From NCBI GenBank assembly GCA_009103225.1, contig RHPI01001037.1:558001-622000 (forward strand): DNA of 64,000 bases, given 5' to 3'. This document shows, one piece after another, positions 10,410-21,887 of the stretch (positions are counted from its first letter, which is position 1; every line of letters begins with the position of its first letter). Under the pieces are notes generated by a model. It did not search any database, was not told the origin of the DNA, and was given only the letters and a program-made list of their open reading frames with translations. The translations under genes were made by a program, and so were the position numbers. This stretch comes from Chlorokybus atmophyticus (lineage: Eukaryota > Plantae > Mesostigma and Chlorokybus algae).

Positions 10410-12836
10410 TGATCAACACCGTGCTTGTGCAGCGGTGGTTGTTGACATGGGCTTCGGAGGCTATGGGTCTGTAGTATGTACATTCAACGACTTTGTGGGT
10501 AGTACTACCCTGCAGTAGTGATTGTCAATAGCTGTGCAATGCGCTTAGGAATGCTGTGCGCGCTGCGTGTGTGGAATGAGTGGCGCAGGCAGAGGCTGCA
10601 CATTGACTTAGCACAGCAAGCAATGCAGTAAACACCACCACACCAACCATCATCAGGTAGGCAACACAGCCGTGGCGCAGGTGATGACTCTGAGTACTCT
10701 GAGTACTTGCATGCTTGTATGACCAACGGGGAAGGCGAGCAGAGTAGCAGTAGCAAAGGTAGCATAGCCCGGTGGTGGAATACATCAAATGTGGTGTTAT
10801 ATGTGCTGGTGATGAATGAAACTCTTTGCAGTAGGAAAAATAGAGGGGCCCCCAACCAGTAGTACACATTGCATGCAAGTCAGTGTAAACGCCATCACCC
10901 GGTAAGGAACACACAATAACTACAACTAGGGGTCTGGCGCTAAGTGCAAATGCAAAGTTTGGGCAAGAGCAGGCAGGCAGGCAGGCAAGAATTGTTGAGA
11001 AGGGGAGAAGCTGTACCTGCAGAAGCGCACGGAAAGATAAGTAGGAACGGAGAGAGGGAGAGAGGGGGAGGTTGAGCATTGTTATGCAGGACACCCCATG
11101 TATGCAACATACAAGCAGTATACGACCTTTGTACAACCTGCAGGCAAATGACGCACAGTGGCCAAGGCGTTTGGTGCGAGCAGCAGCAACTTATATATAT
11201 TGAGTCAGCGTTAGACAAGCACTGCAACCCCAGTAGCAGTGCGCTGGGCCATAGACATCTGAACTTAGTTCTCAAAGCACGGTCAGGCAGCAACAGGTGT
11301 AGCTCTTCACCTACCACAAGCGCCACAGTTAGCAACTTGATACTGCGGCCGCCATCGTTTGCAAATTGCCAAAGTCTTTCTATTAAGGTTAGTATCGCCT
11401 GCGATTCACGGGAGGATACCTGCATACGCTCATCATAGATAACATCCGACACGACATTACTGTCAACACGAGCATCCATGCGACAGCCTCGAGACGCCAT
11501 GCAATGTGCAGGCACACTTTTGAAGTGCTCAATATGGCTATGTGGTCGCCAAAACCCACAGCATATGCAAATGCAGCAACGACCATCGGGCACCGAGTAT
11601 GCTTTGAATGTTTGATGGTTCATGCGAGTAGTGTTTGATTGACCGGGCAGACCAAACCCCCTGCAGTTGCATTCGCATTTACGCAGGTTACCAGCACCGG
11701 TATGCTAGCAGCGTTGGATAGTTATGGGAGCCGTTTGGACTCGTAAAAAAGTGATCTTTTGCACAAAAGGTGTATGCTGCCGTTCTGCCTGTACTATCAT
11801 GTACACTGCTAATACGCATGTACACATATGCATACCGTATACATGCGTACTAGCAGTGCATTACCTGCCGTGTGGGCAGGTAATGCACTGGTTATACATA
11901 GAGGGTATGCATCGTAGTCATCCCACAAGCATGCTCATTTGCAAGTAGTCAGCTGACACACAAGCACAGGCACAAGCACAAGCACCAACACCGTCAGGCG
12001 TGCATGCCTAACGGGGAGGTCTAGACTAGTATAGTGTAGTGAGGTTGGAACAAACAGTTTGTATAGCCCGGTGGTTGTATTACAAAAACACAACCATCGG
12101 GCTCTGTTAGTTGGCAATGACAACGGCAGCCACAGCAGCAGCAAGGACGACGACTCCCTCCAGCGTGCTCTTCCTTCCCGCCACCAGCTCAGCTCAGCTC
12201 TGCGCAGCAGCGCAGCGCTGCTGCTGCTGCTGCTGCGTCTCTTGTCACCCAACCCTCAGTGCCAGCGTCAGCGTCAGCACTGCACCGCGCAGGGCCGCTA
12301 CGTGGCAGTTAATTAAGCAGGTGGGGTGGGGTGGTGGGGTTGTGTTGAGCATCGAGTTCCATTTGGGTTTTTATACCCCATGCATGTCGACAAGTCGTAT
12401 CAATCTCGTCTTTGCCTATGCATGTAGAACTTTCGACAACGTACAATGAGACCTGTTGCCACTGCAGTACACCCTTATTTAAACTACATACCACATGAAG
12501 CAATGTATCTCCATCACTGCCAAGAATGACGACTGCAATGTTGTTTCCTCATCCACCTACCCCGAACGTAGTACGAATGAGCTACACTTTCAACAACCGC
12601 TGCATGTCCAACCGTTGCCCTCATCGCGCGCAGTGCATCCCCGCAACCTGTTGAGTATATATATATCCCACTTACCCCCAACACCCTCGCTCATATGCCT
12701 TGATCCTATGCTGTGCAGCCTCCCCTGCGATCCAGCCTCATCTCTCTGTTGCACACGTAGTCCGCGTGCACTTGCACAAGCTCAATTGCAACAGACTAGC
12801 TTCATACTAGGTGCAAAGCCAAGCCACCACCCCTGG

Positions 12837-13934
12837 TCACCAGCCGCGTGGTCCCCATCCTGGGTCTTTTGCGGGCCTCCATAGCCATCGGTTGGCGATG
12901 CCGGTGCCTGCGCAGCGCGAACACAATCGCCGTCCGCGCCCCTTGCACGCGACGCACTTCTCTAACGGCTGAGGAGTGAACAGCCCGCCCGTCTTACCGC
13001 GCCCCTTGCACAGCACGCACACCTGCGCGTGTGTATGTGTATGTGTACATGTCAAGCTCACTTTCACATTGTGTTGCAAGAGTGATGATCTGAGCGTACG
13101 TTGTGGCCGACACCAAGGCAGGTCTTGCACTTCTGCGGTCGCTGGATATGCAAGCACAGGTGAATATTAAAGCACAAACATGTCGCGTGCGTGTGAAGCA
13201 CATTGTGTTGCCAACCAACATGTCTGCCCTGATACTGTTCGTGCAGCGCAATGCTAGCGAGCTGAACCCTGTCAGGGCGAGGTGTAGTTGTTCTTGGGGA
13301 AGCAACTGATAGCACACACGCACACACAATGATGTTTTGCCTGAGCTTTGGTGGTGCTCTGAACGTGCGCACATTGTGCCTATGAAGCAGCATATCTTGC
13401 AATGTCAGCGCTTCCCCAGACATAGAGCACGAACCCAGCACAACATAAACGCATGCGGCTTGGTTACATGCATGCAACACGCTTCGTGCTATCACGTAGA
13501 GTGGCATTTGGTTGGGCAGGACCGGTACGTCCGGTATGCCGCAGCGTGCATGCATGCGCGCACAAGTGCATGCATGTGAGTGCTGCATTGCGCCCAACGC
13601 CGCGTGCATTACATGCAAAACTGTTGATGCATGTCGTAATCCAGAACTACGTTGCAAAAAGACATTTGCAACCTAGAGCTGACACTGACAAGCTATTGTA
13701 CAGCTTGTCAGCTGTAGAGTTGAGAAAGCTTTGCACGCCGGTGCTGACTGCGACTTGCAGTCTGACAGCAGTCCTGCCATGCTGACTACTACTACTCACC
13801 ACAAAGCGCCTGATGGTGCCGGGGACCACGGCAACCACCACAGGGACCGCCCCGATGCCCAGCACCGCCGCCGCTCCCAGCCACACCTGCGCCGGCGGCG
13901 CCTGCGGGCCCAGCAACGGCGGCGGGAGAGGCAT
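12837..13934 (-). CDS. Small DnaJ-type zinc-finger (CxxCxGxG x4) protein with an N-terminal hydrophobic segment
   Basis: Join of 13934-13800, 13132-13100 and 13022-12837 (all phase 0, GT-AG) gives MPLPPP...QVWLGAAAVLGIGAVPVVVAVVPGTIRRFV|KCKTCLGVGHN|VCVLCKGRG...CVACKGRG..LCSRCAGTG...GW*, about 117 aa. The 5' end may extend further. Confidence 0.78.
13363..13386. repeat. 24-bp dispersed exact repeat, copy 2 (in intron 1 of the Zn-finger gene)
   Basis: Identical to 6870-6893. Confidence 0.9.
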
Positions 13935-14394
13935 GCGGAGCCGGAGGACGACGACCCTACCTACCAGCCCTACCAAGCTGACAGGACCATCAGCATGCCG
14001 CAAGCCAACCAGCGAGCATCAGCCCGTGCATGCTGCTGCGCACGTACACCGCCGCCGCCGCCGCTGCCGTGGCACGACGGAAGCTTTACTCAGTCGTTAG
14101 TAACTACCCTTCCATGCCTGCACAAACTTCCACTGTGCACCGCCTTTGTGCGTTTGCGCACAAGCCGCACTGTTGCTCTGTGTGGCTATGTTGAATTGCA
14201 GGCTGACTGACATGCAGTGTGCCAATCACAGGCTGATTGAAGTCGAGCGCTCGCCTTCCTCAATGCCTTTCAAAACGTGATTCATACCCACAACAAGAAT
14301 CAAGCAGGTGGTTAAACGGCGCGTAACAGGAATGTGCCGTCAGGCGACTGTTGATGTGTGGCGGTTAGGGCAGGCTTGACCTGCCGCGCCGCCA

Positions 14395-14407
14395 TTTGGC
14401 GCGCAAA
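14395..14407. promoter_or_regulatory. Near-palindromic E2F-type site TTTGGCGCGCAAA
   Basis: Matches the TTTSSCGS consensus on the + strand and a near-consensus site on the - strand. It lies in the divergent intergenic region. Confidence 0.35.
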
Positions 14408-15173
14408 GTCTGCAACCAAGAATGCCAAACGCTGCAACGCACAGCGAGCAGCGTTTTTCGCTGAATCACAGTGCTAAAAGCGGCACTCCACCACCGGAAC
14501 CGTTTTCCCATGAAACCAATTACCCCTCCGCAGGTTGCCAACCCCTCAACCGTCTCCATGCACACTACAGGTACATGCACCAGCACCAATGTGTCTCATG
14601 TCTTACGATTGTGTCGGTTGGGGCGCAACCCTCCAAGAAAAACGTGGAGTTCCGTGCCCAGAAAGTGGTGGTTGGGACTCGAGTCCGCTCGCCAATCTTG
14701 GCGTTTTCCCCGAAAAGTAGTCCGTTACGTTGTACGCATGCGTGATAAACCAACCAACCAACGAACGAGACAAACGCAGATTCGTTTGGCAAAAATTGTT
14801 GCGTGTCTATCTATCTTCACCACTCTGCTCACCACGCACGCATTGCGCTGCTGCTTGGCGGCGGCGGCGGTGTTGGTGTTGGTGGAGGTGGCGGAGCAAG
14901 GCGCGCGAGCTCGAGAGGTGGCCCACACAGCGTTGCACCAGCGAGGTAAGCGCTGGATCTCGGATTGCTGTGGTCAGATGAGAGCTCGAAGGTGGGGAGT
15001 GAGCTGCAGCCAGTGCAGTGCAGTGTGGGCTTCACCATCGGCTAGCTTTGGTGATGGTTGTGTTTGCAGTAGTAGTATAAGGTTAACCGTTTTGCTGTTG
15101 TGTCGTCGATCGCAGAGTGCAAGCACAGCACTCCTTTCTGTGATGGTCGAACTTGCTGCTACAGCCCCCCCCC

Positions 15174-15289
15174 NNNNNNNNNNNNNNNNNNNNNNNNNNN
15201 NNNNNNNNNNNNNNNNNNNNNNNNNNNNNNNNNNNNNNNNNNNNNNNNNNNNNNNNNNNNNNNNNNNNNNNNNNNNNNNNNNNNNNNNN
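15174..15289. other. Assembly gap (N run) within a poly-C tract
   Basis: N characters in the sequence. Confidence 1.
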
Positions 15290-15805
15290 CCCCCCCCTCC
15301 CCTTCCTGGTTCTCTGATTGCACAAGCGTACACATGCACTTCTTCGATATGCATGTTACGATGGGATAGTCAGCGCTTTACGAGGCTTCATGCCACGCGC
15401 GCTTAGTCACTACAGGGCCAAGTAACTGCAGGCTTTGGTGATGGTGAATGAACTTTGAGCAGAGGAGTTGCTGTCTCCTGTAAGCATCCAAGTCATGTCT
15501 GGCACTCAGCGAGCAGAGAAATACGACATGATGTTGCATCACAGCAGCCTGATCGCAGCGCTGAAGTTCTTGGAGTTACTGTCCTGTAGTGGTGTGCATG
15601 ATTGTCACGTAAGCAGGTTGAAGCAACAGCGGTACAACTGTCATGAGCAGGCCCAACCTGTGGGTAGCTTGCACGACAGCTGGTTGTCGCTACTACCCCC
15701 CCCCCCCCTGCGCACCTCTCTTAGAGGGCAACAATTGATTACTTGGCGTTCTGATTCTTGGTCTCTCCACGTTGACAGGACGTTGACAGCTTTTCTGCTG
15801 CAAGC

Positions 15806-17059
15806 ATGACGAAGTTGCCATGGCTACTGCTGGTGGCAGTGCAGGTGATGCTGCTCGCGGCTTCAGCTACAGCATTACCAATCAAGGCCAGGGTCATCGC
15901 TACCCAACTGACCCCGACACCCGTGCACGTGACGGCACCCCCCCGCAACACGGCGCAGCTGTACGTGTGCACGCAGAATGGGATCATCTATGTCATGGAC
16001 AAGGCCGGTGGAGGTCGCAGAGTCTTCATGGACATGTCAAGTCTTGTCTCGGTCAGCGGCGAAGCTGGGATGTTCTCCATGGTCTTCCACCCTAGTGTAC
16101 GATAGGCGGTTCTCTCGCATGCATCTTGGGAAGTATTCCTGAAGTTTCATACCAGGCACTGACATGCATGCGTTGGTGTGCAGTACTCCAGCAACCGACG
16201 CTTCTATGCGTCGTGGGCCGACTCCAGCCTCAAGTGGCATGTAGCAGAGTTCCATGCTGACAGCACCCTGCGCAATGGGCTGCTGTCAACACGGCGCAAT
16301 CTTATGACATTCACAAAACCTTCTGGCCAAAACAACCACAATGTGAGTGTTCGCTCTCTCTGCTTGCCCCCCCACACTTCGCACTTCANNNNNNNNNNNN
16401 NNNNNNNNNNNNNNNNNNNNNNNNNNNNNNNNNNNNNNNNNNNNNNNNNNNNNNNNNNNNNNNNNNNNNNNNNNNNNNNNNNNNNNNNNNNNNNNNNNNN
16501 NNNNNNNNNNNNNNNNNNNNNNNNNNNNNNNNNNNNNNNNNNNNNNNNNNNNNNNNNNNNNNNNNNNNNNNNNNNNNNNNNNNNNNNNNNNNNNNNNNNN
16601 NNNNNNNNNNNNNNNNNNNNNNNNNNNNNNNNNNNNNNNNNNNNNNNNNNNNNNNNNNNNNNNNNNNNNNNNNNNNNNNNNNNNNNNNNNNNNNNNNNNN
16701 NNNNNNNNNNNNNNNNNNNNNNNNNNNNNNNNNNNNNNNNNNNNNNNNNNNNNNNNNNNNNNNNNNNNNNNNNNNNNNNNNNNNNNNNNNNNNNNNNNNN
16801 NNNNNNNNNNNNNNNNNNNNNNNNNNNNNNNNNNNNNNNNNNNNNNNNNNNNNNNNNNNNNNNNNNNNNNNNNNNNNNNNNNNNNNNNNNNNNNNNNNNN
16901 NNNNNNNNNNNNNNNNNNNNNNNNNNNNNNNNNNNNNNNNNNNNNNNNNNNNNNNNNNNNNNNNNNNNNNNNNNNNNNNNNNNNNNNNNNNNNNNNNNNN
17001 NNNNNNNNNNNNNNNNNNNNNNNNNNNNNNNNNNNNNNNNNNNNNNNNNCTCTCTCTCG

Positions 17060-17090
<31 letters not shown>

Positions 17091-18117
17091 GCGCTCTCTT
17101 GCTCTCTCTCTCTCGCTCTCGCTCTCTCTCTCTCGCTCTCTCGCTCTCGCTCTCTCTCTCGCTCTCTCTCGCTCTCTCTCTCGCTCGCTCGCTCTCGCTC
17201 TCTCGCTCTCGCTCTCGCTCGCTCGCTCTCAAGCGCGCGCGCGCGCGCGCGTGCGCGAAGGTGATGGGGAATGCAACAATTGTTGTGTTGATAACACCTG
17301 TGCGATATACCGCAGAGCGGGATGCTGCACTTCGGGCCAAGTGGCTACCTGTACATTGGGACTGGTGATGGCGGGGGTGAAAATGATCCTTTCCAGTATG
17401 CGCAGAACAGATACCGTATCTGGGGCAAGATTCTGCGCATTGATGTGAACTGTGCTACACGGCCTTACTGCATACCTGGTGAGTGCATTATGTCTTTCCT
17501 CGTTCATGACAGAGATAACCTGCTTCACTTAACAAGCGTTGAGGCTGGCGCAATCGCACTGACAGTGCTTTTGCCTGCTTGCAGCCAGCAATCCTTTCGC
17601 AAAGAGCACCTCGGGTTACAAGGAAGTCTGGCTGACCGGAGTGCGGAATCCATGGAAGTTTGCCATTGACGGCTATGCCCTGATCATAGCTGATGTTGGT
17701 CAGTCTACTGTCGAGGAGGTTGATGTGGTGGATGCCCGACGCCCTCTCAATCTGGGTTGGTCCAAATTCGAGGGCAGAAACTGCTTCAGGCCCCCTTGCA
17801 ACACTGTCAGGGGCTTCACCATGCCTGTCTACACGTACGGTCACTCTGGCGCGGGCGCGGGCTGCTGCATCATTGGCGGGGCTGTTTATCGCGGTAACGC
17901 AGCTCCATCCGCACGCGGCCGCTTCTTCTTTGGCGACTTCTGCAGCGGCATCGTGCAAAGCCTTGCCATTGCCAACAACCAATTCGTCGGTGGCTCTGTG
18001 CTCACGCACACTGGCGACCTCGGCAATTTTGGTGGACTCACTTCATTTGGCCTTGCGGGAGGCGAGCTCTACTTCACCACCCTCGATGGCACGCTGCGGC
18101 AGATTGTTGCAGCTTAG
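15806..18117 (+). CDS. Secreted glucose/sorbosone dehydrogenase-family beta-propeller (soluble PQQ-dependent sugar dehydrogenase/HIPL-like)
   Basis: Exons 15806-16096, 16184-16342, 17316-17478 and 17585-18117 are in phase. Signal peptide MTKLPWLLLVAVQVMLLAASATA. Motifs: EAGMFSMVFHP, NHNSGMLHFGPSGYLYIGTGDGG, GKILRIDV, IPASNPF, GVRNPWKF, ADVGQSTVEE, NLGWSKFEG, IIGGAVYRG, FFGDFCSG, LTSFG...GELY. Confidence 0.92.
16389..17049. other. Assembly gap inside intron 2 of the dehydrogenase gene
   Basis: N run. The flanking exons join NHN|SG without any missing conserved motif. Confidence 1.
17050..17256. repeat. Compound (CT)n/(CTCG)n/(CG)n simple repeat
   Basis: Read directly. Confidence 0.95.
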
Positions 18118-19218
18118 TGCATGCGCGCGTAACCATTTTGAACTTGAAGAGGATGTAGCGACCGAGCGTCTCCAGGCGGCATAGGTCAAGTTCTGTAGTT
18201 TGCGCAGTTGCCATGAGGCTGGATTCGACGCTACACATGACACCAAGTGCACTGTGCTTCAATCAGGGCGCAGATGGTGCCAATCCTGTAGATAGTTGTC
18301 TCTCAGATAACGCTGCTGCTGCTGGCATGCTTACTGTAGTGTCCCAGCATCTGGTGTGGTTTTGGTCCTAGTGCTACGGCTTTCTAGACTAGACTAGCTC
18401 CTGTTTGGCTTAGGTAGCCCAGGATGTTTGTTGCTGTGTATTGCTGTTTGTGGACTCCTTCAGACACTCCGTCTCATTGCTGCTACTGCAGCAAGCATTC
18501 GTGCTGCTTGTGATGCTCATCGTGCACATGAAGTGTCACAGTGGTGTGCAGTAATCTTGCCTTGCTGCAGACACTGGCGGAAACCGCTCTTGTAGGTGTT
18601 GTGATGACGGCAGTCCCTCTGAGCCCAGTCAAGGGCACTAGACTCAGATGAACTTCCCGTCTCACCATTGGTGTGAAGTGGAGTGCTGCATTGTGTTTAT
18701 GTAGTTATCATGGACATATGAGGATATTGCACGGCTCTCAACCACTCTGAAGTGGCTCCGTGCATGCAAGTCTTTGCACAAGGTATAAGTCTTATTCACT
18801 CCATGCGCACGCACATAGCCAAGGCGATGCATACAGGTAGGGCGACAAGGGCGTCCATTACCACCAGGTTCTTAAACCTTCAACGCTACCTATGTGCTCT
18901 ATGTGCAATGCAAGATGCGGGGCGCAGCAGGCGGCAGGTAATGTGGTACACAGATGTACAAGGGTACGTGTCAGCGCCAGTCGCTCGCTATCACGCTGCA
19001 CACACGCATACCGCCACACAGCTGCACCTGTCACACGCGTGCAGCGACACTGCCACACACGCCCCCACGTTCACGCAACCACAGCCACCGCCGCACTGTC
19101 GCTCCCCGTGCGTGCTCTCGCGTCACACCACCATCCCCAACACACAGGCTTCACTGAAGCCTGGTTTGTTGTTGTTGGTTGGTGACCAACCAACAACAGA
19201 CCCAACCCAACCTCAGGA

Positions 19219-20562
19219 TCACAGCCCAATGTCGTTCTGGCAGAAGTGTCGCGTCAGTGACGTGGGAATCACGTCATACCAGGCCTTCAATGCATTGAGG
19301 CAGGGAGTTCCTGTTCCTGACCACAGGCTGAAACACTCTGCTGACGCACGTGTGTGTAGATGACGAGCCAAGTCAAACGGTAGGCTAGCAACAAGGCATG
19401 GATGTTGTGACGATTGTGGTGCACAGAGGTCTGTCTGTCAGACCTGTCTTGTCACCTGGCATGCTGTATGCGTTGGGTATGAATGCGGCCTAATTGCTCA
19501 TCATAGGTTGTGTTGCAATGTGCAAGCGAAGAAAGTGCAGCACGACGTTGAGAGAACCCTGAGGGAATCCACTGCTTGCGATCACACCGGAGTACCGCCT
19601 TGTCTCAGTGGAGTTGGCGTGCAGCTGGTGCATCCATTGGCATGAAATAGGCGTTTCAGTGCTGACCGGCCCAGCCCATAACACGAGGTCTCAACGCCTA
19701 TCTTGACACCTGCAGCGGCGTACGTCGCAGCGCACGCACGGACTTGTCTTGTTGTCAATGCTGATGTGTATCAACTTGGAATACGCAAGAGAGTACTACT
19801 TGTCTTGTCTTGTCTATTATGACGCTTTCAGATAGCGCTGCTTACAACACACAGCTCCAAGATTGCTCCAGTGCATGTCTAAACCACTTGGTCAAAACGT
19901 CCTGAAAGGCGGTAGCGTAGCAGCTGCATGTCAACACGCATGCATCGAGCGCTCGGACAAACCCTACTGTTACTTAAGGCTGACTGTTCCTCAGCTCCCA
20001 TCAGTCAAACAGTGCACATCTGTACATGTTGCTTGCAAATGGGACAGGCTCAAAGTAAGCATCACAGTGGTTCCAACAGCTAACGTGATGCGCGCGCGCA
20101 CCAGGCAGGCCACAGCAGCAGCACTTTGTAAGAGGTCCACTTGTCGGCCGGGCGCCTGCACCTCACCCTTGGCTTTGCATAAGAGCAGGAGCGAAATGGA
20201 AAGCAGATCAAAACGCAGGTAGGCTGTCACACGCCTGATGCAAAGCGCTGCAATCAGCTATGCGTAGTTACCAACCAAGACGTAAGGTAAGGTATTCCGT
20301 GCAAAGCCCCAGCGCATTCAACTGTAAACAAGCACAAGGTTGCGGACATCTTCAGCGGGGTGACCGCCCGCGACTCAGACTTAGAAGTCCAAATGGATGA
20401 GAGTGTGGTGAGTGCAGTAGTCTGTTGTTCTGTTCTAGTGCAGAGGATGGTAGTGCTGCTAACTTTGATTATGTGTGTCGTACACTTGAAGATGAATGAA
20501 GAGGCATGCTTGTTGAGGTGTATCATGACCAGACGAGCAGACATCCTGGACGACGTGTTTGG
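19219..20562 (-). CDS. Unidentified multi-exon protein (5' exons unresolved)
   Basis: Five GT-AG exons (20562-20464, 20321-20276, 20223-20167, 19709-19596, 19340-19219) join in frame with no stops. The product is PNTSSRMSARLVMIHLNKHASSFIFKCTTHIIK|LNALGLCTEYLTLRL|AYLRFDLLSISLLLLCKAK|GVKIGVETSCYGLGRSALKRLFHANG...|AECFSLWSGTGTPCLNALKAWYDVIPTSLTRHFCQNDIGL*. I do not recognise the family. Confidence 0.55.
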
Positions 20563-21887
20563 CTAGAACAACAGTGCATCACAGCGCATGCGGTGATCAA
20601 TGCAGTCAACTTTGTGGCAACATGCATATGCAGGTCCGGTGTTTATAGTAAGTAGTACAGTCCACATTATGTGACCAACGGCCTCCCCTTCCTGCAGCAG
20701 TCAAGGCAAGGGTAGCTTGATGGCGATGTCAAGTGTATTGTATTGCGAGCTTGCTAACCAACAACACTGTACAACAGCATCACTCTCCAACACCGTTGCA
20801 TGCTTATACCTACACGTATACAATGGACTGATTCGCACCCAACAGCAACCGACAACCACCGCACGCACCCAAGCACTAATATGTGAGGCTCAGCTGCCCC
20901 AGCCTCTTGACAAGCCGCATTGGTTAAGGCACGTTGTCCAACCATACCGTTAGTACATGGTCACCATCACAACCACTCTCCAATGTCGGCAGCAACAAGG
21001 TACAGCCAGCAGCATAACATTACCTAGCACGTCCTTTCATATGCAGTGCACACCAGATCCGCCCTGTGCCAATAGTGTATCGGCAACAGACGTGAGGGCA
21101 ACATAGGTTACCCGTGAGGAGTCATGTTGCAACACGACTAGCTAACAATGATGTGCACCTCGTGTAGCAATGAGAATCACATCCAGCAAAGCGTCGTGTG
21201 TGCGGGTTCACACCATGCAAGTTACCATGCGTGGCTCATGCGGCATGCAATTACATGCTTGAATGCACACCAATGCTTGAATGCACACCAACCGCCGGAG
21301 AGTGAAGCTTAATCGAGCAGCCACACCGCAATACATAACACGGGTGGCAGCATTTTCATTGGTGGGCTACTCGCTTGGGTCTGACACCGGCACAGGGTCC
21401 ATGCACTGTTTCTACATCTGCATGCTATAACAAAAGGGCCGTCACTGTGTGCGCAAAGGTTGAGATGGGGGAAATTGTGCTGTTGTGCCAGACCTCGAGG
21501 CAGTCTCATCGCACCCCAGCCAGCACCTAGTAAGCTAGACTACCATCATTTGCAAAGTAGAATAGCGCGTAGTCAATGCGATAAAAGTTTGCAAAAGCGT
21601 AAACAACATATGTTTACATACCATATTGGTAAGGATCGAGTAGCCTGCCCTGGGCGAGGCTGACAGAATCCCTGGAAAGACCTAATGGTAAGAATGGGAG
21701 TTGCCCATGCCTGAATTGCTATCTGGATGGTGGCCAGCATGTCTCAATTTGCTAACGACATGCTTACCTGCAGCGCTTGCCAAAAACACTTGCCGATATC
21801 TATTGGTACACTATCTACACATAAAGGATGTTGTGGCTGATGTCCAAGGGAACACCTGCCTGCCATGGAATGATGAAGGTTTTGGCT

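Noticed and set aside
13731-14210. His/Arg/Asp-rich plus-strand ORF
   Set aside because: It is the in-register antisense shadow of the Zn-finger gene's exon 1, which has a perfect GTGAGT donor and a phase match on the minus strand.
16178-17368. Long ORFs of 300-400 aa, including an RE/RS-repeat protein
   Set aside because: They are produced by the N-gap and the CT/CTCG microsatellite inside an intron.
21255-21290. 18-bp tandem duplication ATGCTTGAATGCACACCA x2
   Set aside because: Ordinary slippage-type duplication with no associated structure.
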